Shown here: positions 27,515 to 36,254 of the stretch, in pieces
Layout: every line of letters begins with the position of its first letter
Position numbering within the stretch: the stretch's first letter is position 1
NCBI GenBank assembly: GCA_031441465.1
Contig: JANOEP010000053.1
Location: 1 to 40,594 of the forward strand
DNA: 40,594 bases
Direction: 5' to 3'
DNA from: a bacterium
Lineage (GTDB): Bacteria > Krumholzibacteriota > Krumholzibacteriia > LZORAL124-64-63
Program-made: the position numbers and the translations under genes
Notes under the pieces: generated by a model
What the model was told of the DNA's origin: nothing
Seen by the model: the letters and a program-made list of their open reading frames with translations, nothing else
Databases searched by the model: none

Positions 27515-27940
27515 ATGGCCAAGTCGTTCAAGGTCACCATCACCACCGCCGAGCAGCAGCTGCTCGAGACGGACTCCGTGTCGCTGACCCTGCCGGGCAT
27601 CGCAGGCTACCTGGGCATCTGGGCCAACCACGCGCCCCTGGTGACCGCGTTGGTGCCGGGCGTGATGACGCTGCGCCACGACGACTCGGACGCCGTAGGC
27701 TCGGTGAGCCACTTCGCGGTGAGCAACGGGTTCGTCGAGGTGGCGGACAATCGGGTGTCGGTGATGGTCGACAGCTGCGAGCCGGCCGGCCAGATCGACG
27801 TGACGCGGGCCGAGGCGGCGCTGGAGCGGGCGAAGAAGCTGCTGACGGAGCCAGCCAACGCCAAGGTCGATCTGGCGCGGGCGGAGGCGGCGATGGAGAG
27901 GGCGAAGGCGCGGCTGGTGGCGGCGAAAAAGGGCCGGTAG
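27515..27940 (+). CDS. atpC: ATP synthase F1 subunit epsilon
   Basis: GYLGIWANHAPLVTAL, VSNGFVEV, C-terminal helical hairpin. Confidence 0.96.
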   Translation: MAKSFKVTITTAEQQLLETDSVSLTLPGIAGYLGIWANHAPLVTALVPGVMTLRHDDSDAVGSVSHFAVSNGFVEVADNRVSVMVDSCEPAGQIDVTRAEAALERAKKLLTEPANAKVDLARAEAAMERAKARLVAAKKGR

Positions 27941-27960
27941 CGCTTCGGTTGGGATTAGAT

Positions 27961-28000
27961 ATCAAGTCAAGGGCCCCCGCTAGTGGGGGCCCTTGTTGAT
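27961..28000 (+). terminator. Stem-loop terminator of atp operon and target site of the group IIC intron
   Basis: CAAGGGCCCCC-GCTAGT-GGGGGCCCTTG (27968-27995), extended by ATCAA/TTGAT; weak U-tract. Confidence 0.85.
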
Positions 28001-28002
28001 CG

Positions 28003-28634
28003 GTGAGCCCGGCATGGGCGTCGACCTGGAGGTGGAAGTCCTCCCCCGAGCAGGCCACAGCGAGGGAAGTGAAGCGCAAGGGCGGAAGGGCGACCGACCG
28101 TCTGGAGGAAGCGTGGCGCGTAATCCACGGACCGACGAACAGAAACCGGATACGAGGCGACGCGAACCGGGGCGAGCGAGCCGATGATCGCGAAGCTCCC
28201 GTGGCCAAAGGGATGCGGCGTAAATCCGGCGGTCGTGTGGAGAAGGCCGGCGTTCTTACCCGGGGAGATCTCGCCTCACACCTGAAAGGGTGACGCGGCG
28301 CAAAGCGCGGAGCGAGAAGTCAGCAGAGGCCATAGTAGACAGCGCTACTGTCGAAGGGCCGAAGGAATAGGAGGGCGCGCCCTCTGGTCCTCGGACTCGG
28401 AATGTCTCAGATGTTCGCTTCTGCGAAGCTCGCCGAAACGGCAGATAGGGTGAAGCCCGAATGGTCCCGGCAGCGAGAAACCGAGTTGGGCGGATCAGAA
28501 ACAAGCAACCCCAGGCGACGTGTGGGATTCACCCGAACACGCCGACCTCAACTGTTCCAACCGCCCGGTGCGGACCCGCATGCCGGGTGGTGTGGGAGGG
28601 GACGCCGGGGTAAACTCGGCGCCCCTATCCAGAT
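28003..28634 (+). mobile_element. Class IIC group II intron lacking a reverse transcriptase ORF (~632 nt)
   Basis: 5' end GTGAGCCCGGCATGGGCG; conserved CTTACCCGGGGAGATCT and GAGAAGTCAGCAGAGGCCATAGTAG...GAAGGGCCGAA blocks; short DV ACCGCCCGGTGCGGACCCGCATGCCGGGTGGT with CGC triad (~28560-28591); DVI GGGAGGGG...CCCCTATCC with bulged A and 3' end AGAT; sits just after a terminator hairpin. Confidence 0.9.
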
Positions 28635-28664
28635 TGGGGCATAGGTTCTCATCCGCAGCCAGGC

Positions 28665-29858
28665 TCAAGTTGCGACCTCGGTAGAATCCTCTTCAGCCTC
28701 CGGAGGCGGCGCCAGCGGCAGAAAGTGGTTGAATACGGACATGATGATGAACGGGATGATCAGGATCACCAGTGCCATCACGATGCCCTCACGTCCCAGC
28801 AGCTCCGGCGTGTAGCTTTCGCGGAATCCGATCCCGCTCTTGGAAAAGATCTGCCCCCCGATTACCACGTTCCACCGCATGGAAAAGACCTGGATCAGCA
28901 GGATGATCGCAGCGATGAAGGCGATCACGTGCCGCAGTGTGTCGGTCAGGTACTTCCGCATCAGGACGACGATCCCCAGCAGGATGAACGGTATCAGCGA
29001 GCCGAAGATCATCTGGATCCCGATGAAGGAGAAGGCGATCTTGTCGGTGATCAGGGGCTTGACGATGAGCCACTCCTCGTTCTGCGCGTAGGAAAGGGTG
29101 ATGATCTCCAGCAGTTCGAGGGTGACGGTCATGGTGGCGAACAGCCACAGCCACTGGGCCAGGGACTGGACGCAGACGCCGTCGATGCGGCGGCCAGAGA
29201 ACTTGGTGAGGGCCTCGTAGAGGACCAGGATCATGGCGATCCCCGAGGTGACGGCCGAGAACAGGAAGATGATCGGCATCAGCGGCGTGGACCAGAAGGC
29301 GTTGGCCTTGACCGAGCCGAACATGAACCCGACATAGCCGTGAAGGATGCAGGCCGCGGGGATGCCCAGGGCCGCCAGGACGACGATCACCCGCTTGTCG
29401 TTCCTGCGCGCCTCGGGCGACACGTCGTAGACCCCGAGGGCGACGAGGGAGAAAAACCGCCGTTTGAAGCCACGGCTGTGGGCCGCCAGCTCGATGATCT
29501 CCACCCGGAAGATCAGCCAGATTTCGACCAGGACCAGGATCAGGTAGATCCCGTAGATCAGCCCGAACGCCGACATGGCGGAGGTGAAGTGGGGCGTGAT
29601 CATGATGTTCATGGCCCGCTCGGGATGACCGAGGTGCGCCAGCAGGGGCGTGGTGGCGACGGCCAGGAAGGCTAGCGAGGCGACCATCGACAGCCGGGCC
29701 ACGGGGCGCAGCTCCCCATGACCGAACACGTGGTACAGCGAGGAGACGATGAACGCTCCGGCCACCAGACCCGTGATGTAGGGGTAGAGCACGATCATCA
29801 GACTCCACATCACGTGGACGTCGTTGGGGAACAGGTAGTTCATGGCCTGCTCGTGCAT
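28665..29858 (-). CDS. NrfD/PsrC-family integral membrane quinol-interacting subunit
   Basis: True start ATG 29858 (TGATG overlap); WSLMIVLYPYITGLVAG, HLGHPER, SAMSAFG, LHGYVGFMFG, MRWNVVIGGQ; about 8-10 TM segments. Confidence 0.9.
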   Translation of the reverse strand: MHEQAMNYLFPNDVHVMWSLMIVLYPYITGLVAGAFIVSSLYHVFGHGELRPVARLSMVASLAFLAVATTPLLAHLGHPERAMNIMITPHFTSAMSAFGLIYGIYLILVLVEIWLIFRVEIIELAAHSRGFKRRFFSLVALGVYDVSPEARRNDKRVIVVLAALGIPAACILHGYVGFMFGSVKANAFWSTPLMPIIFLFSAVTSGIAMILVLYEALTKFSGRRIDGVCVQSLAQWLWLFATMTVTLELLEIITLSYAQNEEWLIVKPLITDKIAFSFIGIQMIFGSLIPFILLGIVVLMRKYLTDTLRHVIAFIAAIILLIQVFSMRWNVVIGGQIFSKSGIGFRESYTPELLGREGIVMALVILIIPFIIMSVFNHFLPLAPPPEAEEDSTEVAT

Positions 29859-30655
29859 CAGCGCACCTCCCCGGAATGGCCGAGGTAGTAGCATTTCGGC
29901 TCGGTGTGGAGTTCGGGCTTGAGCAGGTGGACCTCGCTGGTGGCGATGATCTGTGCGACCTCGTCGCCCAGCGTCTTGGCGTCCCCGAGCTTGCGGGCCC
30001 CGGTGGGGCAGTTCTGGACGCAGGCCGTCTTCAGGCCCTTGGTCAGCCGGTGGTAGCAGAGCGAGCACTTGCTGGCGGTGTGCGTCTCGGGGTGGATGAA
30101 GCGCGATCCGTAGGGGCAGGCCTGCACGCAGTAGCTGCAGCCGATGCAGCGCTCGCTGTCGACGAGCACCAGACCCTCGGGGCTGATGTACGAGGCGCCG
30201 ACGGGACACAGCTGCACGCAGGGCGAGTTGGTGCAGTGGTTGCACAACTTCGGCACGAAGAAGGCCTTGGTGACGTCCGCGCCCATCACCTGCGGCTCGA
30301 AGCCGTCGCGGCCGCCGTTGGGCGAGTCGATGAACGACTCGCCGGAGCGGGAGATGTGGTAGCGCTCGATCCAGGTCCGGAAGAAGTGCTTCGGCACCCG
30401 GTTCTCCAGCTCGCAGGCCCGCACGCACGATCCGCAACCGATGCACTTCTCGATGTCCACCAGGTAGATATAGCGGTGCTTGGTGGGATCGTATTCGAAC
30501 TCGCCGAAGGCGCGGCCCAGCCCCCGCGTGACGGTGTTGGCCGAGACTAGGGCCAGGCCGCCGCCGGCCATGACCACGGCCATGCCGCCGGCGCCCACGG
30601 CGGCGATTTCCAGGAACTGGCGTCGGGTGAGATCCCGTTTCTTCATCTGGCTCAT
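29858..30655 (-). CDS. Tat-exported 4x[4Fe-4S] protein, NrfC/PsrB/DmsB family
   Basis: TRRQFL Tat motif; CIGCGSCVRAC, CNHC...CVQLCP, CIGCSYCVQACP, CSLC...CVQNCP. Confidence 0.93.
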   Translation of the reverse strand: MSQMKKRDLTRRQFLEIAAVGAGGMAVVMAGGGLALVSANTVTRGLGRAFGEFEYDPTKHRYIYLVDIEKCIGCGSCVRACELENRVPKHFFRTWIERYHISRSGESFIDSPNGGRDGFEPQVMGADVTKAFFVPKLCNHCTNSPCVQLCPVGASYISPEGLVLVDSERCIGCSYCVQACPYGSRFIHPETHTASKCSLCYHRLTKGLKTACVQNCPTGARKLGDAKTLGDEVAQIIATSEVHLLKPELHTEPKCYYLGHSGEVR

Positions 30656-30695
30656 CGTCCCTCTCGCTCCTGGTTGGGGCGGTTGCTCGGGTGTC

Positions 30696-31172
30696 CTAGG
30701 GATTGTGCGCGGAGTCGCCGCCGTGGCATTCGACGCAGGCCTCGTGGGGGATGGCGTCTTCGGGACCGAGTTCCAGGTGTTCGCGCAGATCGACCTGCGC
30801 GATGCCCGCCGGCCTGGCCACCAGGCGCTGGTGGCAGAGGGCGCACAGCTTGTAGGAGCGGTTGATCTTCATGGGCGCGACGACCTCGCCGTCCTTGACG
30901 TGGGTGGCCAGCGGCGCGTGGCACACCTCGCAGCGGACGGCAGCATGGCTGCCGGCGGCCTTGACCGCGGCGACGTCGTCGTGGCACTCCGCGCAGGCGT
31001 CGGGCGCGCCGTGGATGAGTTCCTTGGCCGACTCCTCGAAGAGGGCGTCGTAGCGGTAGTAGCCCTCCTCCCCGAAGGAATCCGGAACTAGGAAGTGGCG
31101 CACCACCACGATCGACGACAGCAGCAGGCCGAGGAGTAGTGCGATGCGCCAGAGGTGTTTGGTATGTTCCAT
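30696..31172 (-). CDS. Membrane-anchored tetraheme c-type cytochrome
   Basis: N-terminal hydrophobic helix; four CXXCH motifs (CAECH, CEVCH, CALCH, CVECH); GAGGA RBS. Confidence 0.92.
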   Translation of the reverse strand: MEHTKHLWRIALLLGLLLSSIVVVRHFLVPDSFGEEGYYRYDALFEESAKELIHGAPDACAECHDDVAAVKAAGSHAAVRCEVCHAPLATHVKDGEVVAPMKINRSYKLCALCHQRLVARPAGIAQVDLREHLELGPEDAIPHEACVECHGGDSAHNP

Positions 31173-31488
31173 ATCCTCACTCCGTCAGGGAGTCCGGGTG
31201 GGACCGGCGGGGTGCGCCGCCGCGACTTGGCAGGGTTTCTCTTCCGAACAGCCAGTGCAGGAAATGACGTCCCGACGAGAGGGCGCCAACCGGAGCGTCG
31301 GTCAGAAATTCCCGCTGGAGCACGTACCCAATGAAGGAGGGGCGGCGGCGAACGGACGCCCCTGGGGGGGGGCCGGGATCACCGAGGCTTTCCCGGGATG
31401 CGAGCAGACGACAGCATTCGACGAATCGATGCGGGCGATGTAGCATTCGAGCCTCGCTGCCGGGGATTGCGAATCCACCATGCCAGAA

Positions 31489-31518
31489 ATCATATTGCAT
31501 CACTATGAATTTAGTCAA
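31489..31518 (-). promoter_or_regulatory. Putative sigma70 promoter for the cytochrome/NrfC/NrfD operon
   Basis: Minus strand TTGACT-18 nt-TATGAT in an AT-rich island. Confidence 0.55.
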
Positions 31519-31820
31519 GGTTTCGAACAATCAGTTTCGACTTTATTAGTCAATTTGAAATTGAATATTGAACAGATCCCCGTCGGATCCAAAACCCATT
31601 GATTCTGTGGGTCTTAGTGGGGTGCGAGGATCCGGCGCGGTGGCGCTCATTGGTCCGCCCCAATATTCAGTTTTTTTGATATGAAGTTACCAATATTGAC
31701 GAGGCTCGCCGGCAAGGCGGAGCGCGTTCATGGCCCCCCTCCTCTCACCGATGCTGCGTTCCTCGGAACCAAGATGCGAGGGCAAGTGGAATCAGAAATC
31801 GGTCCACGAATCGGCATTCG

Positions 31821-31836
31821 CGGCACCCTGATTGCG
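31821..31836 (+). promoter_or_regulatory. Putative sigma54 (-24/-12) promoter of the usher-like gene
   Basis: CGGCAC-CCTGA-TTGCG; GG 31822-31823 and GC 31834-31835 spaced by exactly 10 nt. Confidence 0.55.
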
Positions 31837-31994
31837 TGACCTGGCACACGTTAGGTGGCTCGAAGTTGTGATCACGAGTGCAGCGAGCCACAGGGTATGG
31901 CCCAGGCGCTTCAAGCACGGCGGACCAGTTGCGCGAACACCACCATTATTTCACATTTAAGGCACATTCATGCCGCATTCTGTGGTCGTTATTG

Positions 31995-34900
31995 ATGTTG
32001 TGTCGCAATCTCTCGTCACATGCCTATTCTGGCCCCAACAAGAACTCCAGGTCGATCGCTCACTCCGCTGAAACCATCGCGTGGGCTCCCGGCCACTATG
32101 CAGCCCTTGGTGGTGGATTTTGGGCAGGCACCATCCTCCGTGCCATCTCACTGGGCGCCGGCCTGTTGATTTTCCTGGTGGGCTGTGGGGACGACAAGGA
32201 CCAACCGGGCAGGTCCCGATCCTACGATGTTCCGGCGGTGCCGACCGTGCTTGTGGGGTCTGAATACCCCCAGTCATGGCTCTTCGGCCCCTACGCGTTG
32301 CCGATCGATCCCTTTCACGCCTCTCCACCGCCGGCCGAGGCCGCATCGCGTAGACAGAGTACCGTGAATATCAAAACACCCCGCAGAGCACCGACGGCAG
32401 CGCGGGAGACATCGCGCGAGGCCATCGCGCGAGCGTCCGCGCCGGCGCCACGTCTGACGGGCGTGAGCCTCCTGCAGCCGGAAGCCGGCGGCGTTCCCGT
32501 CATGCCTGGGGGGGTTCTCCCGCTCGCCGTAACCGTGATCGCCGAGGGCGAGGGTGAGCACGAGATCCAGGAAAGCCTCCAGTTGCCTCCGGGCTGGACA
32601 TCCCTGTTCGAGCCGGCCGTCTTCACGATTGAAGGAGGTGGTCGCCGACAGCGCATCCTGGCGGTGATCGTTCCCGGCGGCGCGTCCGCCGGCGCGTACT
32701 CCTGCACCTACCGCGCACAACCGGTTGGCCAGCCGGATCTGGAAGATGAAATCACTCTGCCGGCGACCGTCGGCGCATGCCCGGTGCTGGAGATGGTTGC
32801 GGGCGAGCATCAGGGTATTGTCGTGGCGGGCGACCCCTTCATCGCGACGGTTCACCTGTTCAACAAAGGTAATATTACCATCAGTGTCGAGACGACGGCC
32901 TCCAGCTCCGAGCAGTTCCGGGTATGGCCTCAGGTGGCGATGAGTACGCTCGAACCGGGGGAAGGCGCGGAGTTGACGTTCAGGGTCGACACGCCGGCGG
33001 ATCTCACGCGGTCGATCAGCCATCGCCTGCTCCTGGCGTCGCGCATGACTGGCGGACAAACCGCGGTTCAGGACGCAGTCACCTGCCTGCAGACTGGGGT
33101 GCTGCCGCGCTCTGGCGTCGAGCCGGATTCGTGGGTCCACATGCCGGCCCGCCTTACCCTGGCGACCATGTCCGAGGAGAGCCGACGCTCCTGGCAGGGG
33201 AGCCTGGAAGGCGCGGGTTCCCTCGATGAGGCGGGCCGCCACCGACTCGACTTCATGCTGCGGGGCAACGACACTAGGCAGCAGAGCATGTTCGGACGCC
33301 AGGATGAGTACCGCGCCAGCTACGCCTCCGACTTCATGAAACTCACCGCCGGCGATCACTTCTTCAACCTCTCGCGGCTGAGCAGCAACTATTACTACGG
33401 TCGCGGCGTGTCGTTCTCTCTGCGCGTCGGCCCGGACATCGATCTGGGCGCGCACTATGCCCAGAACCGATGGCTCTCTTCCGAACACCAGTGGTCGGCG
33501 TTCGTGCGGAGGCGCCTGTCTCCGTGGGCGACAACCAAACTGAACCTCATGTATCGCGATCCGTCTCGCCTTGCGGGGACGGATGACCGCATTGTCAGCC
33601 TCGAAACCGATCTCGACAATCGCCGCGGCGAGAAATTGCACCTGGAGACAGCGCACGGCTCCAGTACGGCCCAGGGCGTGCCGGGCGGCAACGCCCTGCG
33701 CCTGCTGTTCAGCAGTGACCGCGGCGGGCGCAACCTGTCGTTCGAGAGGATAGCCGCCGGGAGTGGCTACCGCGGCGAATTCACAAACCACGAACAGACA
33801 TCGGGGCGCCTGATCCTGCGTCACGGCCGTTTCCTGGAGACCTATGCGGCGGTGCAGCAGTATGAAAGCCCTTTCTTCGGCGTATCGCGCAGCGGTTCGC
33901 GGCAGGGCGGCCTGAACTGGTCGGCCGGAGGCGGCACGTCGCGCCTATTCCTGGAATCGCGGCGGTCGTACATCGACTTGACTGGCGGCCGCTCCTCCCT
34001 CGGTCACGATGAAACCAGCTACCGTTTCGGGTACGAACGGAACCATCCACGCGTCCGGCTCAATGTCTCGCTCGAAACGGGTGACCAAACGCACGAAGCC
34101 ACTGCCGAAACCGACCGAATCCTGAGGCTGTCGTCCTTCGCCCACGTTCCGCTCAGCCGCGACTCCGCATTGTACCTCCAGGGCCAACTGAGCGGCCGCG
34201 ACGATGTGGGCGGCGGCCTGCTCGGCGGCGGCAGCTACCTGTCGGGCAGCCTGAACTGGTGTCGGCCCGCGGGGAACCGGCTCTCGATCAGGGCCTCCGC
34301 CGACAATCTGAACTCGCGAGTCCGCGCACGGAGCACGCAAATCGATGCCGCCTGCGCCTGGGCGCTGGCGCGGGACCTGTCCCTTGACTTGCGGCTGCGC
34401 CACCTGCGCGGAAGCGACGACCGGACCCGCAATGCGTTCCTGTTGTCGGTGACCCGCGGTTTCGGCGTACCCGTCGGGCGCAGGACCAGCGTCGGCGCCG
34501 TCCGCGGCGTGATCTTCGACATGGAAGACGCCCAGCACCGCGGCGTGCCGGGAGTGGTCGTGCGGCTGAACTCGATGATGGCCATCACGGACAGCGAGGG
34601 CGTGTTCTCCTTCCCCACGGTCGAGCCCGGGAGGCTGCTCCTGACCGTCGACCGCGGTATCCTGGGTCTGAACATGACCACCCGGACCCCTCTGCCGATG
34701 ATGATCGAAGTGAAAGGGGGAGGGACCGAGCGCCTGGAGATCGGCGTATCGCGCGCATCCCGGGTCGAGGGCCGCGTTTCCTTGTACATCTCCGCGCCTG
34801 CGGTCGCCGTTGCAACCGACTCCCTACCCGGAAACACTTTGTTCGTCGAGGGGTCCGACTGCCGCAGCGTCGCCGGCCGGCCCGCCGGGGGACGCCGCTA

Positions 34901-35195
34901 CATCCAGGGATCGGGGCTGGCCAATATCATGGTCGAGATCAGCAACGGCGTGACGGTTCGCCGCAAGTTCACCGGCGAGGACGGCGGTTTCGATTTTCCA
35001 GAACTGACGCCGGGCGCCTGGACCCTCTCGGTGTCGACCCGCAACCTGCCCCCTCACCATGAACTGGAAGCACGCGTCGTCGAGATCGATGTGGCCGCCG
35101 GAGAGACGGCCGAGATTCCGCTGCGAGTGCTGCCCGTGCTGCGCGGGATCGAGATCATCGACAGCGGTGAACTGGAACTGGTCACGCTCGACTGA
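31995..35195 (+). CDS. Large outer-membrane usher-like protein (Ig-like domains, probable beta-barrel, C-terminal carboxypeptidase-regulatory/SdrD-B-like domains)
   Basis: Ig-like N-terminal domains (LPPGWT, LFNKGN..LEPGE), long amphipathic beta-strand region, two GAVRGVIF/VEGRV...TDSEGVFSF/TGEDGGFDF...PG repeats. Start uncertain (ORF opens 31878; first ATG 31995); lipobox-like FLVG-C with Cys at 32184. Confidence 0.65.
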   Translation: MLCRNLSSHAYSGPNKNSRSIAHSAETIAWAPGHYAALGGGFWAGTILRAISLGAGLLIFLVGCGDDKDQPGRSRSYDVPAVPTVLVGSEYPQSWLFGPYALPIDPFHASPPPAEAASRRQSTVNIKTPRRAPTAARETSREAIARASAPAPRLTGVSLLQPEAGGVPVMPGGVLPLAVTVIAEGEGEHEIQESLQLPPGWTSLFEPAVFTIEGGGRRQRILAVIVPGGASAGAYSCTYRAQPVGQPDLEDEITLPATVGACPVLEMVAGEHQGIVVAGDPFIATVHLFNKGNITISVETTASSSEQFRVWPQVAMSTLEPGEGAELTFRVDTPADLTRSISHRLLLASRMTGGQTAVQDAVTCLQTGVLPRSGVEPDSWVHMPARLTLATMSEESRRSWQGSLEGAGSLDEAGRHRLDFMLRGNDTRQQSMFGRQDEYRASYASDFMKLTAGDHFFNLSRLSSNYYYGRGVSFSLRVGPDIDLGAHYAQNRWLSSEHQWSAFVRRRLSPWATTKLNLMYRDPSRLAGTDDRIVSLETDLDNRRGEKLHLETAHGSSTAQGVPGGNALRLLFSSDRGGRNLSFERIAAGSGYRGEFTNHEQTSGRLILRHGRFLETYAAVQQYESPFFGVSRSGSRQGGLNWSAGGGTSRLFLESRRSYIDLTGGRSSLGHDETSYRFGYERNHPRVRLNVSLETGDQTHEATAETDRILRLSSFAHVPLSRDSALYLQGQLSGRDDVGGGLLGGGSYLSGSLNWCRPAGNRLSIRASADNLNSRVRARSTQIDAACAWALARDLSLDLRLRHLRGSDDRTRNAFLLSVTRGFGVPVGRRTSVGAVRGVIFDMEDAQHRGVPGVVVRLNSMMAITDSEGVFSFPTVEPGRLLLTVDRGILGLNMTTRTPLPMMIEVKGGGTERLEIGVSRASRVEGRVSLYISAPAVAVATDSLPGNTLFVEGSDCRSVAGRPAGGRRYIQGSGLANIMVEISNGVTVRRKFTGEDGGFDFPELTPGAWTLSVSTRNLPPHHELEARVVEIDVAAGETAEIPLRVLPVLRGIEIIDSGELELVTLD

Positions 35196-35425
35196 ACGGG
35201 TACCGGCCGCAGTATTGCCTGCCGGACAGTCGCCGTCCCGCTGGGGGCGGGATGTGCTGCGGCGGATGAAGAGGCCCCGGCAACTGAAGCAACAGGCGGG
35301 GCCAACGCATTGGTGGGAATTGCGGTCGGGGTTTGGACAGCGGAGTGGCGATCAGCCGGGGGTGTTGGAGATCATGCCCCGGACACGGCAACGATCGCGC
35401 CAATGGGTCATTCCACGGCCAGAAC

Positions 35426-36220
35426 CTATGGTGCGACAGCGAGGCTGTAGCGGCAGCCCCAGACATCACCGTCGCCGTTGTCGATGACGACCAACGCCTG
35501 GTACTCCCCCGGCTGATAATCGAGGCCGAAGTCGTAGCGGACCGAGCAACCGGGGTAGATCCGCATGGTTTCGCCGGAGAGGCGGCCCATCAGTTGACCG
35601 CCGTCGTTGTAGATCTCCGTCCAAACGGTCGGACGCAGCATGAAGTCGCCGGTGTTGTCCAGATCGAGCCGTAGTACTGTGGCGCCGTCGATCCGATGCA
35701 GACCTCCGTGCGGCTTCACGGAACGCCCCCCCACGCCGTCGATCGTCACTGAAAACTGGACTCCGCGGCGCACGACCATGCGCACGCCGACGGAGGGCCG
35801 ATCCTCGAGCGCGACCAGGTCGTCGACGGACGGCATGGGTTCGATCATGAGCATGCTCCAGTAGGTGCCCGGGAGCGTGACGTCTTCCGGGACCTCAACG
35901 CGATAGACGATCTGGACCCTGCCGTGGGGCGGCAGGTCGGCCTCGAGGGGCGAGATGGTGATCCATCCGGAGTTGGAGCGGGGAGTGGTGCCGGGCGGAC
36001 CGAATTCGTTACTCCCGTCGGACCTGAAGAGGTAGTCGGACTGGTAGAGGCGGATGCGCTGGGGCTCATCCGAAGAACTCGCGATCTCGAGGACGCCCTC
36101 TTCGATGTCTCCCGGCCTCAAGACCAGATCCCTGGTCAGACCGCCGGAGACGGAAAAAGACGCGTGGGCGCCCGCAGCCCAGAGACCGCACAGAAGTAGA
36201 GTCGCCATTCGGGACCACAT
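35426..36220 (-). CDS. Exported PapD-like/DUF916-like two-Ig-domain putative pilus chaperone
   Basis: Signal peptide ending AHA-S; RSNSGWITISP, GTYWSMLMIEP, LDNTGD...IYPG, PGEYQALVVIDNG. Confidence 0.65.
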   Translation of the reverse strand: MWSRMATLLLCGLWAAGAHASFSVSGGLTRDLVLRPGDIEEGVLEIASSSDEPQRIRLYQSDYLFRSDGSNEFGPPGTTPRSNSGWITISPLEADLPPHGRVQIVYRVEVPEDVTLPGTYWSMLMIEPMPSVDDLVALEDRPSVGVRMVVRRGVQFSVTIDGVGGRSVKPHGGLHRIDGATVLRLDLDNTGDFMLRPTVWTEIYNDGGQLMGRLSGETMRIYPGCSVRYDFGLDYQPGEYQALVVIDNGDGDVWGCRYSLAVAP

Positions 36221-36254
36221 GACGTTACCTCGCCGATGCGGAACTTCCGCCCGA

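Noticed and set aside
28003..28644. Small ORFs within the intron as RT/maturase or real genes
   Set aside because: No RT motifs; the sequence is better explained as structured ribozyme RNA
29859..30446. Apparent N-terminal extension of the NrfD-like ORF (593 aa)
   Set aside because: Overlaps the FeS gene out of frame; real start is the TGATG-coupled ATG at 29858
31173..31488. Known riboswitch (Moco, c-di-GMP, cobalamin) in the leader
   Set aside because: Could not match the conserved cores by eye; kept only as an unassigned long leader pending an Rfam scan
31177..31530. 117-aa minus-strand ORF upstream of the cytochrome
   Set aside because: Starts within the AT-rich promoter island, atypical codon usage, no motifs
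35182..35469. 95-aa ORF as a second pilin or adhesin
   Set aside because: Pro/Arg-rich, no signal peptide, overlaps both neighbours
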